In this document: positions 9,638 through 18,194 of the stretch, one piece after another
How positions within the stretch are numbered: the stretch's first letter is position 1
How the letters are laid out: each line of letters begins with the position of its first letter
NCBI GenBank assembly: GCA_965203055.1
Contig: OZ241863.1
Coordinates: 2,144,001 to 2,208,000, forward strand
Length of the DNA stretch: 64,000 nucleotides
Origin: Spirochaetia bacterium
GTDB taxonomy: Bacteria; Spirochaetota; Spirochaetia; SZUA-6; Bin103
Direction: 5' to 3'
Program-made: the position numbers and the translations under genes
The notes under the pieces: model-generated
What the model was told of the DNA's origin: nothing
What the model saw: only the letters and a program-made list of their open reading frames with translations
Databases searched by the model: none

Positions 9638-12577
9638 ATGCGTTGGCGTGATGCAGGTGACTCCGGTGGTGGGTCGGCGGCCGGGAGTAGTGGGACCCTG
9701 AACAAGGCGTCGCTGTATGCCCTGTTGAAGACCATTCTACAGTCGTCCGAGAGGGTGCACGTCGAGGCGGACGATCCGCATTTCAGGCTGACGCTGTCGC
9801 TGACTGACGATGCTCGGGTGGTCCTTGAGGGTGCTGTCCAGGTGGACGGTATCGATCTCTCCGGGCGTGATCTGGGGTTCTCCAGTGACGGGGGGAGCAG
9901 TGTCAGCTTCACGATGCCCGGCATCACGACGGCGGATGAGGGAAGCGACCTCGGGCGGGTAAATACCGTCGAGAAGCTCAACTTCACAGGCGCGGGCGTG
10001 ACGGCGACGCGCGTGCCCGGTTCGCCTGAGACTACCGTCAACATTCCCGGCGCCAACCCTGGGTCGGGCGGTGTGTCGTTGGCGCAGGTGGACGGGCGGA
10101 TCGATGGGAATCCGCGGGTGACGAGTCTGTCGCGCTTCGAGGCGGCGCTCCGCAAGACCACCGTCATCAGCGGACCCGCTGCCTTCACGGTGGCGTCGCC
10201 GAACGCCGCGGTGGCGATCAGCGGGTCGGTGCCGGGCGCGGAAGCGGACCGCGAGCTGGTGGTGGCGGTGACCGGCTCCCCCACCCAGACGTTCCAGCTC
10301 TCCTCGTTCGCCGGCAAGGATGCGGCCGCCGCCGCCATCACGCTCACGGACGCCAACTCGGTAAAGTGGATGGCGGGCACGGTGACGTATCGCCTTGGCC
10401 ACACCGCCGCCGGGGGGTTCGTTGCGTCCGCCAGTACCGCCGCCACCTACACCATCACCTTGACGGACAGCCGGATCGACCTTGAGACGTGGGCGCGGCG
10501 AAACGGCGAGCAGATTCCCGCCAACCGCCTGCCGAACGGCGGCGGGCTGGGGCAGGCTGCGGTGGACGCGCGGATCGACGCGAATCCGCGGGTGACGAGT
10601 CTGTCGCGCTTCGAGGCGGCGCTCCGCAAGACGACCGTCATCAGCGGACCCGCTGCCTTCACGGTGGCGTCGCCGAACGCCGCGGTGGCGATCAGCGGGT
10701 CGGTGCCGGGCGCGGAAGCGGACCGCGAGCTGGTGGTGGCGGTGACCGGCTCCCCCACCCAGACGTTTCAGCTCTCCTCGTTCGCCGGCAAGGATGCGGC
10801 CGCCGCCGCCATCACGCTCACGGACGCCAACTCGGTAAAGTGGATGGCGGGCACGGTGACGTATCGCCTTGGCCACACCGCCGCCGGGGGGTTCGTTGCG
10901 TCCGCCAGTACCGCCGGCACCTACACCATCACCTTGACGGACAGCCGGATCGACCTGGAGGGTTGGGCGCGGTTGAACGGCGGTCAGATCCCCGCCAACC
11001 GCCTGCCGAACGGCGGCGGTCTGACCCAGGGGCAGGTGGACGCGCGCATCGAGCCGTTCGCGCGCGCCGGCACCACCACCAGGGTGCCGGAATCGCACCT
11101 CCCGACCGACCTCGACCACCTTCTGGACGCGCTGGCCGACGGCGGGTGGTCCACGGAGGGGAACAACGCCGCCGAGGATGCCTGGATCGCCCAGGTTGCC
11201 AGCGCCGTGGGCCCGACCATCGGGGCGGCGCGCGGCTACACCTACGCCAGCGCCACCTGGGAGCGGACCGGCCCCACGATTACGCCGGCGTGGCTGACCG
11301 TGCGGGTGCCGGCGGGGCTGAAGGATGAGGTGGCCGCCGGGAACCTGCGTCTGATCGCCGACTACAACAACGACCCGGACGACATGGGCGATATCGCGGT
11401 GTCGAGTGGCTGGATCCACGTGGGGGACAGCACGGACGGCACCTACCGGTACTACATCCAGCGCTTCACGGGGGTGCCGGCGGGAACCAACATCGTGCAG
11501 CGCTACACCCGGTTCCGCATCGACCGCACCAAGCTCGACACCGGGGTGCCGGTGGGGACGGCGGCGGATGCAGGCGCCGTCCTGACCAAGCGCGCTGATG
11601 GGCCGGTCTGGGAGCAACTGCGGCGCCTGCACGGTCTGCAGGTGCTGCATCACGGGAGCATCGCCCGATTGGCCCTTTCCGCCTTGAATGCGATTGGGAC
11701 CCAGAACCTGACCGGCTTCGCCCCGGCGTTCGATCTCGATGATCACCCTGCCGGTGAGATCCATGCGGAGGTGGTGGCGCGCATCGTCACGCGGAGTGCG
11801 TCCAACATCGGGTGGGGCTCTGGTGGCGCGGACATTGATGGCCGGATCGTGGGGTTGGAGTTCGCCAGCGCCGTGGCGGCCGCTGATGCGTTTGTGTCGG
11901 GGGGCACGGTAGAGGGGGTCGAGGTTGGCCACCTCCTCCTTTACAAGGGTGCGGCGAAGCAGGGCGTGCTGCGGTTCTATCTGGGGCGTGACGGCTCGAA
12001 TCGTGCCGGGTATCTGCTCGACTACCGGCCGGAGAGCGGTGCTTCGAGTACCGACAACGTCACCATCGACGCGCAGCTCGACGTGTCGTTCATGCCGGCG
12101 GACGGTGGTGGTGGCAGTACTAGCGGCGTAGGCGCCAAGATTGCGACCTACGCGTTTCCAGTTGCCGCAGCGAGTTACCAGGCCAGGGTCATGATCCACG
12201 GCACATGGACCATCGAAAGCGCTGGCGCCTCGCGATACGAGCGAAGCGGTAACAACGATGCCCTGCGCATCCCGCGGGTTCTGCCGGATACGCAAGTGGG
12301 CTTTCGCGGTGTAGTGAAGGTTGGTTCTGCTACGGTATCGACATTCTTCGTGCCGTGGACGCTGCTGGTTGCGCCATCAACCACTAGCACTCACTTTGAT
12401 CATGTCAATCAGGACTACTACATGACCATTCCTTACGATGCTCGGGATAGTTATACCGTCCTGCTTATCGTGCAACGGCAGGGCTTGAATACCTATAAGG
12501 ACGCTATCTTCTTCCGCGGCTGCGGCGACAATATTCCGGCTGGTGTGACCGTCGAGTTGTACGAGTGGATGGCGTGA
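9638..12577 (+). CDS. Large repeat-containing protein, phage tail-fibre/adhesin-like
   Basis: Strong RBS aggagggaggtgag; DEGSDLG..KLNFTGAGVTAT and repeated QVDARI/QVDGRI linkers recall fibre proteins; Gly/Ala/Thr-rich; no obvious signal peptide. Confidence 0.65.
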   Translation: MRWRDAGDSGGGSAAGSSGTLNKASLYALLKTILQSSERVHVEADDPHFRLTLSLTDDARVVLEGAVQVDGIDLSGRDLGFSSDGGSSVSFTMPGITTADEGSDLGRVNTVEKLNFTGAGVTATRVPGSPETTVNIPGANPGSGGVSLAQVDGRIDGNPRVTSLSRFEAALRKTTVISGPAAFTVASPNAAVAISGSVPGAEADRELVVAVTGSPTQTFQLSSFAGKDAAAAAITLTDANSVKWMAGTVTYRLGHTAAGGFVASASTAATYTITLTDSRIDLETWARRNGEQIPANRLPNGGGLGQAAVDARIDANPRVTSLSRFEAALRKTTVISGPAAFTVASPNAAVAISGSVPGAEADRELVVAVTGSPTQTFQLSSFAGKDAAAAAITLTDANSVKWMAGTVTYRLGHTAAGGFVASASTAGTYTITLTDSRIDLEGWARLNGGQIPANRLPNGGGLTQGQVDARIEPFARAGTTTRVPESHLPTDLDHLLDALADGGWSTEGNNAAEDAWIAQVASAVGPTIGAARGYTYASATWERTGPTITPAWLTVRVPAGLKDEVAAGNLRLIADYNNDPDDMGDIAVSSGWIHVGDSTDGTYRYYIQRFTGVPAGTNIVQRYTRFRIDRTKLDTGVPVGTAADAGAVLTKRADGPVWEQLRRLHGLQVLHHGSIARLALSALNAIGTQNLTGFAPAFDLDDHPAGEIHAEVVARIVTRSASNIGWGSGGADIDGRIVGLEFASAVAAADAFVSGGTVEGVEVGHLLLYKGAAKQGVLRFYLGRDGSNRAGYLLDYRPESGASSTDNVTIDAQLDVSFMPADGGGGSTSGVGAKIATYAFPVAAASYQARVMIHGTWTIESAGASRYERSGNNDALRIPRVLPDTQVGFRGVVKVGSATVSTFFVPWTLLVAPSTTSTHFDHVNQDYYMTIPYDARDSYTVLLIVQRQGLNTYKDAIFFRGCGDNIPAGVTVELYEWMA
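10088..11019 (+). repeat. Intragenic tandem duplication, period 474 bp (158 aa)
   Basis: aatccgcgggtgacgagtctg at 10109 and 10583; near-identical with scattered substitutions. Confidence 0.93.
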
Positions 12578-13653
12578 TGGACTCGCCGTCATTCCCGACC
12601 GGTCGTTCCGCGCCTGACGCGCGCGCCGTGCGGCCGCTGGCGAACGCGCCGCCGGCCTCCCCGGCCCGGACCGTGCGCAACGCCGCCCCGGCCCGGACCG
12701 TGCGCAACGCCGCTCCGCGGACCGTGCCGGCGCTCGACAGCGACATCGAATCCCTGGTCACCGAGGATGATACGCCGGTGGACAACCTGCCCTCCGAGAA
12801 GCAGCAACGCCTGCTCACCGAGCCGTTGTACAGTTCCTGGGCCGGCCCCGGCGGCGGGCGCCCGTTTCTGGCCGCCGCCAACGTGGGCGTGTTCCCTGAA
12901 GCGCGCAATCCGGCGATCGTGCCGGACGTGTTGCTGAGTCTGGACGTGCAGGTGCACGAGAACTGGTGGGACAAGGAGCACCGCTCCTACTTCGTGTGGG
13001 AGTTCGGCAAGGCGCCGGACCTGGTGGTGGAAATCGTGTCCAACCGGAAGGGCGAGGAGATTGGGAAGAAGCGGATGAGGTACGCCCGGATGGGGGTTGG
13101 CTACTACGTGGTCTCCGATCCGTTGCGGCAGGTGATGGGAGATGAGCTGCGCGTCTTTCGGTTGAGCGGCGGGGGATACGAACGCCAGGAGTGGCCCTGG
13201 TTCCCGGAGCTGGGGCTGGGGATGACGCTGTGGGAGGGGGAGTTCGAGGGCGTGCGCAGCCGGTGGCTGCGCTGGACGGACGCGCAGGGCGAGTTGATCC
13301 CCACCGGCAAGCAGCGTGCAGAGCAGCAACAGCAGCGCGCAGAGCAGGAGGCGGCCGCTCGCCAGGCCGCAGAGACCCGTGTCCAACAGGAGGCGGCCGC
13401 GCGCCGCCAGGAAGCGGACGCACGCCAAGCCGCAGAAATCCGCGTCCAACAGGAGGCGGCCGCCCGCCGCCAGGAAGCGGACGCACGCCAAGCCGCAGAA
13501 ATCCGCGTCCAACAGGAGGCGGCCGCCCGCCGCCAGGAAGCGGACGCACGCCAAGCCGCAGAAATCCGCGTCCAACAGGAGGCGGCCGCGCGCCAAGCGG
13601 CCGAAGCGCGGGTGGCCGAACTCGAGGCATTGCTAGGCCGCAGATCCACCTGA
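12577..13653 (+). CDS. Uma2 (DUF820) family PD-(D/E)XK endonuclease with coiled-coil tail
   Basis: EDDTPVDN..SEKQQRLL, IVPDV, GKAPDLVVEIVS; ATG overlaps upstream stop (TGATG). Confidence 0.9.
   Translation: MDSPSFPTGRSAPDARAVRPLANAPPASPARTVRNAAPARTVRNAAPRTVPALDSDIESLVTEDDTPVDNLPSEKQQRLLTEPLYSSWAGPGGGRPFLAAANVGVFPEARNPAIVPDVLLSLDVQVHENWWDKEHRSYFVWEFGKAPDLVVEIVSNRKGEEIGKKRMRYARMGVGYYVVSDPLRQVMGDELRVFRLSGGGYERQEWPWFPELGLGMTLWEGEFEGVRSRWLRWTDAQGELIPTGKQRAEQQQQRAEQEAAARQAAETRVQQEAAARRQEADARQAAEIRVQQEAAARRQEADARQAAEIRVQQEAAARRQEADARQAAEIRVQQEAAARQAAEARVAELEALLGRRST
13345..13610 (+). repeat. 63-bp tandem repeat (QQEAAARRQEADARQAAEIRV)
   Basis: gtccaacaggaggcggccgc at 13381, 13444, 13507, 13570. 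Confidence 0.95.
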
Positions 13654-13887
13654 CGCTATCTGCGTCGGAAGTGGCCCGGCGGCCCTCGGCTCGGCTGGCT
13701 TGGATAGCTTGGCTCTCGCTGGATTCCCAGAATAGATCGCTGGCCCGGACGGCCCTGCAATGTCCAGCGCTGCCGGAACGTCCCGATCGCCGGCGCTCCG
13801 CGGGTGCCAAGTGCGGCAGTTGACCCGCTACCGGCGATGTTTGGTCGGCGAGCGCAGCCGGGCGCGCAAGACCCTCGACCACGTCGC

Positions 13888-14823
13888 TCACACGTTATAG
13901 CGCTCGAACCGGCCGGCGATGTTCCGGCGGGTAGCTTCCTCCTGCGAAATGAGCTGGCTGGCGGAGAGGCCCGTCAGGTTCTCCATCTGCTCCAATCGCC
14001 GGGCGAACAACGGCAGCCCCAGTTGCTCCGCTCCCCCAGCCTGCGACGTAGTGCTGCCGATGAGAATGTTGTTGGCTGCTTCCAGCTTCGACCGCCCATG
14101 CATGACGTCCCGCACGTACTTGCCGGCCCAGCCCGGGCCGGCATTCCACGCCAGCCCCATGAGCCCGCCTGCCTGCCGGACCGTCCCCACCAGACCCTTG
14201 GTGATGGCATCCGCCACCGGAGCCCAGTGCGACCGCCACAATGCGCCCGTGCGCATGATCTGGTTATTCGACATCCCTTCGTCGACGCGCAGACGTTCCG
14301 CCTCATCGGCGCGGCGTGCGGCAGCTCCCCAATCCGCCCCGAAGTTCTCGCCGGCAAGCGTCGCCCAGGTGTCGCCGGCGTCCCTGTAGACGCCGTTCCG
14401 CACCATCTCGCCATTGATTTCCTCGCCGTCGTTGCGCTTGTCGATCCACCGTTCCTTGCCGATCAGCGACTCGATGATCTGATCGTATTGCTGATCCGTG
14501 CCCTGCCATCGATCCCGGTTCGTGCGCCGGTCATCATTCACCGGTTCGACGGCCCGCGAACCTCCGGTGATCCGGATCACCTGACCGGGATGGATCAGAT
14601 CCGGGTTCTCGATGTTGTTCCGCTGGGCCAGCGCTTGCACCGTCGTGCCGTACCGGCGCGCGATGGCGCCCAGGGTCTCCCCCGGGCGCACCGTATGGGT
14701 CTGCGTCTCCGGAGACCGCGCCTGCCGGCGCCCCGGATGCCCCGGCGCGGCGCCAAACGGAGTATCTGATGCCATCCTGCGATCCTCCCATTGACCAGTG
14801 GCGGCGTCGAAGTATACCCCCAA
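13888..14823 (-). CDS. LysM-domain protein with unknown C-terminal region (alternative start 14775)
   Basis: HTVRPGETLGAIARRYGTTVQALAQRNNIENPDLIHPGQVIRI; GGAGG upstream of ATG 14775. Confidence 0.85.
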   Translation of the reverse strand: MGVYFDAATGQWEDRRMASDTPFGAAPGHPGRRQARSPETQTHTVRPGETLGAIARRYGTTVQALAQRNNIENPDLIHPGQVIRITGGSRAVEPVNDDRRTNRDRWQGTDQQYDQIIESLIGKERWIDKRNDGEEINGEMVRNGVYRDAGDTWATLAGENFGADWGAAARRADEAERLRVDEGMSNNQIMRTGALWRSHWAPVADAITKGLVGTVRQAGGLMGLAWNAGPGWAGKYVRDVMHGRSKLEAANNILIGSTTSQAGGAEQLGLPLFARRLEQMENLTGLSASQLISQEEATRRNIAGRFERYNV

Positions 14824-14865
14824 TATCCGCCCTCGTCACCTCCTCGATGGCGGGCGGGCGACGGC

Positions 14866-15013
14866 GCGCGCATTTCCAAAATGCAGGTAAGGGTCGGGCC
14901 GCTTGGCGGCCAAGCCCAGTCCCCGGCTGCGCCGGCGCCTGAGCCGATACCTTCGCCGCCGAAGGAGCGGCGCTGTCCGCGCTGGCCACCGCAGCGCCGC
15001 GCGCCGAGGCCGC
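14866..15013 (-). mobile_element. Internally deleted remnant of the HNH cassette at 25524-27320
   Basis: 14868-14923 matches 25526-25582; ~14923-15013 matches ~26050-26155. Confidence 0.88.
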
Positions 15014-15074
15014 TAAGGATAACTTGTTTCCATGTCGTTGTTTATCATATTATGGACTGCATTGTGTACGGGGG

Positions 15075-15103
15075 TTGACAGCCGAACGGAATCACCTTAA
15101 CTT
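15075..15103 (+). promoter_or_regulatory. Putative sigma70 promoter of lipoprotein 2
   Basis: TTGACA-N17-TAACTT; the region 15018-15166 is homologous to 6082-6230. Confidence 0.65.
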
Positions 15104-15166
15104 ACCAACATATGCCGTCCAGGCGGCATCGCCTCAGTGCTGTCTCCGCTTGCGGGACCGGGGGGA

Positions 15167-16498
15167 ATGATGAAGCATCTGGTGTATCTGGCTCTAGCGG
15201 CAGGCGCTATTGCGGTGACAGGATGTGACGACGTTGCAGCTCCGAAGCCTGCAGCTCCGCTGGCGGCCGCACCGGCGCCTACACCGGCGGCCGAGTACTC
15301 CTGCGGCGATGGCTACATCTTCGACAGTGATCAAGTGCCCGGGCCGGAAGGCGCGGTCGTCAACGATGTCTTCTACTGGGGTTCGAGCACCTCGGGAGCG
15401 GCGCGATGCTTCTCTGACACTCGAAACAACAGCATAGTCGGCAGGGTAGAATCGAACGCGGGCGATGCCATAGCCGCAACAACCATGTCAGTTACCCTTT
15501 CCGGCGAACGCAGGTGGTATCTCATACTTGAATTCTCCGATGGCACCTACTGTTCTGCGGCCACTGCAGGGGATGGGAGAGCGACCTGCTTTGCAACGGT
15601 GGAACGAGATGCTACTGGATTTCGCGTAGACGATCTCCCTGCTGTTCCACTTCCTGTTCCTGAAGGCGCACCGGAGCGTCCTGTTGTAGATCCTCCCGGT
15701 GGTCCCGGTCCTGGTGGTGGCGACGTGGGCGGGGGGCATACCGGTGCCCCGGAGCCTGCCCCGAAGCCGGAAAAGAGGAAATTCAAGAATGCAAGGGTCG
15801 CCTATATTGCGGACCCGGATCAGAGCCGAGGCGGCGTTGACCGCCTGAGATTCGTTACCCGGGAGGGATTGGACGATTACGACGATCTTCCTGACGAACG
15901 TAGGTTGTATTTAATACTTAAGTTGAACGTTCCACGTGACGGTTACATCACCTCTCATAATTGTATTGTGGCTACTACAGGGAATGGGAGAGTGACCTGC
16001 GTTGCACCGTTGAAATTCTGGTGGGACCATTCTCACTGCAGCGACGGCGAATGCAATGGAGACGGTGATGGTCATATTCGGTTTACATATAACGCCACAG
16101 GACGGACCGCGCCGCATCCATCAGTAGACCATTTCCCTACCTCTACCTCGCCTCAATCTTCCGACGGCGACAATGCCATAGGCGTGACAGCCTATCTCCT
16201 CTATAGTGATGTGCAAAGCAACCCTCGCCACTATGGCAGGGAGACTTTTTACGTACCTCCAGGCTGGCCTAGTTCTCCTAGCACAGATAGGTGGTATTTC
16301 ATACTTGCATTCTCCGACCTCCACCCGCATCGCCCGTTTGATCTCGATCTCGATCCAAACGGGGTCAATGATCATACCTTCTGTATTGCGGCAACTAAAG
16401 GTGATGGAATAGTGACCTGCCATGAAATGGTGAAAGGAGTTTCTACTAAATATGCGAATGGTTACATTGACCAATGGGAAGTACCATACGTGCCGTAG
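15167..16498 (+). CDS. Repeat-domain lipoprotein 2, paralog of 6231-7754
   Basis: MMKHLVYLALAAGAIAVTG-C lipobox; N-terminal ~175 aa closely similar to lipoprotein 1; three Cys-pair motifs, two with different loops. Confidence 0.87.
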   Translation: MMKHLVYLALAAGAIAVTGCDDVAAPKPAAPLAAAPAPTPAAEYSCGDGYIFDSDQVPGPEGAVVNDVFYWGSSTSGAARCFSDTRNNSIVGRVESNAGDAIAATTMSVTLSGERRWYLILEFSDGTYCSAATAGDGRATCFATVERDATGFRVDDLPAVPLPVPEGAPERPVVDPPGGPGPGGGDVGGGHTGAPEPAPKPEKRKFKNARVAYIADPDQSRGGVDRLRFVTREGLDDYDDLPDERRLYLILKLNVPRDGYITSHNCIVATTGNGRVTCVAPLKFWWDHSHCSDGECNGDGDGHIRFTYNATGRTAPHPSVDHFPTSTSPQSSDGDNAIGVTAYLLYSDVQSNPRHYGRETFYVPPGWPSSPSTDRWYFILAFSDLHPHRPFDLDLDPNGVNDHTFCIAATKGDGIVTCHEMVKGVSTKYANGYIDQWEVPYVP

Positions 16499-16508
16499 CG
16501 GTGAGCGG

Positions 16509-16552
16509 TGAGGTGGTCACCGGTTGGTTAGACAGTCCGAGGGGTAGGTTAA
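16509..16552. mobile_element. Solo IS3 end
   Basis: tgaggtggtcaccggttggttagacagtccgaggggtaggttaa equals 7767-7809 plus one inserted A. Confidence 0.9.
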
Positions 16553-16601
16553 CCGAGATTCTCAACTACTGCAAGGCCACCCTGATCTCAATCCACAAGA
16601 C

Positions 16602-16630
16602 TTGACAATATCTCAGAACACCGGTAATTT
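16602..16630 (+). promoter_or_regulatory. Putative sigma70 promoter
   Basis: TTGACA-N17-TAATTT upstream of the 16792 gene. Confidence 0.6.
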
Positions 16631-16791
16631 TGGTACGAAGCGGTCCCGCCGACTACTGGCCGCGAATGGCTTGTCGTTGCGGGACCCGGACATCTGAACG
16701 GGCGCGGGCTGGCGCCGGGCCGGCGGCGGCCTCGGAGCCCCTCGGCCCCCGGCCGTTGGTGGGGTAGATTCTCTGTCAGGAGGTAGGTGAT

Positions 16792-17796
16792 ATGCGTTGG
16801 CGTGATGCAGGTGACTCCGGTGGCGGGTCGGTGGCCGGGAGTAGTGGGAGTTTTGAGGAAGCGCTACGGCGCGTAACTGTCATTGTGGACGGAGATACCG
16901 TCAACATTTTGAATCGTCCTGCTCCCTATCGGATAAGCAGCGATGCTATAGTTCCTGAGAGAGAGGCTGACAGGAGGCTACGGTTGGCGGCGAGCACGTC
17001 GGCTATTGATTCTGCGGAACTGGACGGCGAGTCTACCACGATCAAGCTGTCCGATCTTCTCGCCAAGCAGGTGATTCCGACTCGCTCGCATGTGATGAAC
17101 TCGTCCAACTCGGTGACGTTCCGGGGCGTTGAGGGTAGGACGATGTACATTGGGACGATGTACATTGGCAGGTCAGAAGATCGCCAGTTCCTGATCGGTT
17201 CCGACTCCCCCAGTACCTATCGCGTCTACATCCGTGACGACCGGATTGACATTCGCCCGGAGCGCCTCGAAAGGACGGTTGATGACCGCATCAAGCCGTT
17301 CGCGCGCGCCGGCGCCACCCCCACCAAGATTGCGACCTACAGTTTTCCACCTGCCGATTTAGAGCCGTACCCGGCGGGTACTCCTATCAACGGCAGTTGG
17401 CTCATCGCAAGCACCGCTACCCCCGATCGATACGAGCCAAGCGATGACAACATTGCCCTGCGCATCCCGCGGAATCTGCCGGCTACGCTATCGGGCTTTT
17501 ACGGTGAAGTGAAGGTTGGTTCTACTAAGGTATCGACATTCATCGTGCCGTGGACGCTGGTGGTTGCGCCCACTAGCACTAGCGCTCTCACACTTAACGC
17601 TCATAATGTCGAGCAGGGCTATTACATGACCATTCCTGACAATAATCAGAATGGTTATAGCGTCATGCTTGTCGTGCAACGGCAGGCCGTAAATAACTAT
17701 AAGGACGCTATCTACTTCCGGGGCTGCGGCAACAATATTCCGGCTATTCCGGCTGGTGTGCCCGTGACCGTCGATTTGTACGAGTTGTTGTCGTGA
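16792..17796 (+). CDS. Short paralog of the fibre-like protein
   Basis: Same leader/RBS and start MRWRDAGDSGGGS; one diverged repeat unit (FEEALRRVTVI), DDRIKPFARAG, homologous C-terminal domain (KIATY..STFIVPWTL..KDAIYFRGCG). Confidence 0.8.
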   Translation: MRWRDAGDSGGGSVAGSSGSFEEALRRVTVIVDGDTVNILNRPAPYRISSDAIVPEREADRRLRLAASTSAIDSAELDGESTTIKLSDLLAKQVIPTRSHVMNSSNSVTFRGVEGRTMYIGTMYIGRSEDRQFLIGSDSPSTYRVYIRDDRIDIRPERLERTVDDRIKPFARAGATPTKIATYSFPPADLEPYPAGTPINGSWLIASTATPDRYEPSDDNIALRIPRNLPATLSGFYGEVKVGSTKVSTFIVPWTLVVAPTSTSALTLNAHNVEQGYYMTIPDNNQNGYSVMLVVQRQAVNNYKDAIYFRGCGNNIPAIPAGVPVTVDLYELLS

Positions 17797-18020
17797 CGGC
17801 CAATGGCCCTCGCGTACCGTGACAGACAACTTCGGCGGCGGCGTGAATGAGCGGTCGCCGGTATGGCGGCGAGGCGCGACGGCAGCGCTCCGGTGGTGAA
17901 CCGGCCGCCCCCGGCAACCGCAACGGCGCCGTCCACTGCCGTGCCGTCCATGACACTGAGCACCGATCACCAGGGTTACCACGGTCCGGCGCAACGGCGA
18001 GTCCTATCCGATCCGATCGA

Positions 18021-18104
18021 TAAACAACGACATAGAAATAAGTTATCATAGCCTCTGGAACTTGGGTCCGGGAGGTACCGATGGATTGCACCGCTCTCGA
18101 CCAC
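18021..18104 (-). repeat. 84-bp inverted repeat, right copy
   Basis: Reverse complement matches 6025-6108 at 77/84. Confidence 0.92.
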
Positions 18105-18107
18105 TTC

Positions 18108-18194
18108 ACCTATAAGGACGCTATCTTCTTCCGCGGCTGCGGCTACAATATTCCGGCTGGTGTGACCGTCGAGTTGTACGAGTGGATGGCGTGA
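18108..18194 (+). pseudogene. Orphan 3' end of the fibre-like gene
   Basis: 86/87 identical to 12491-12577, including the stop codon. Confidence 0.92.

Noticed and set aside
6585..16420. CRISPR array from the repeated boxes with variable spacers
   Set aside because: Boxes are in-frame coding sequence, degenerate, irregularly spaced, and no cas genes are seen.
17820..18020. Functional gene on the minus strand after the short fibre gene
   Set aside because: Only broken frames, partly shared with 18220-18285; best read as decayed sequence.
12491..18194. Diversity-generating retroelement (TR/VR pair at the fibre 3' ends)
   Set aside because: A few differences fall at adenines (AAC vs GAC/TAC), but others are non-adenine substitutions and indels, and no reverse transcriptase is in the window.
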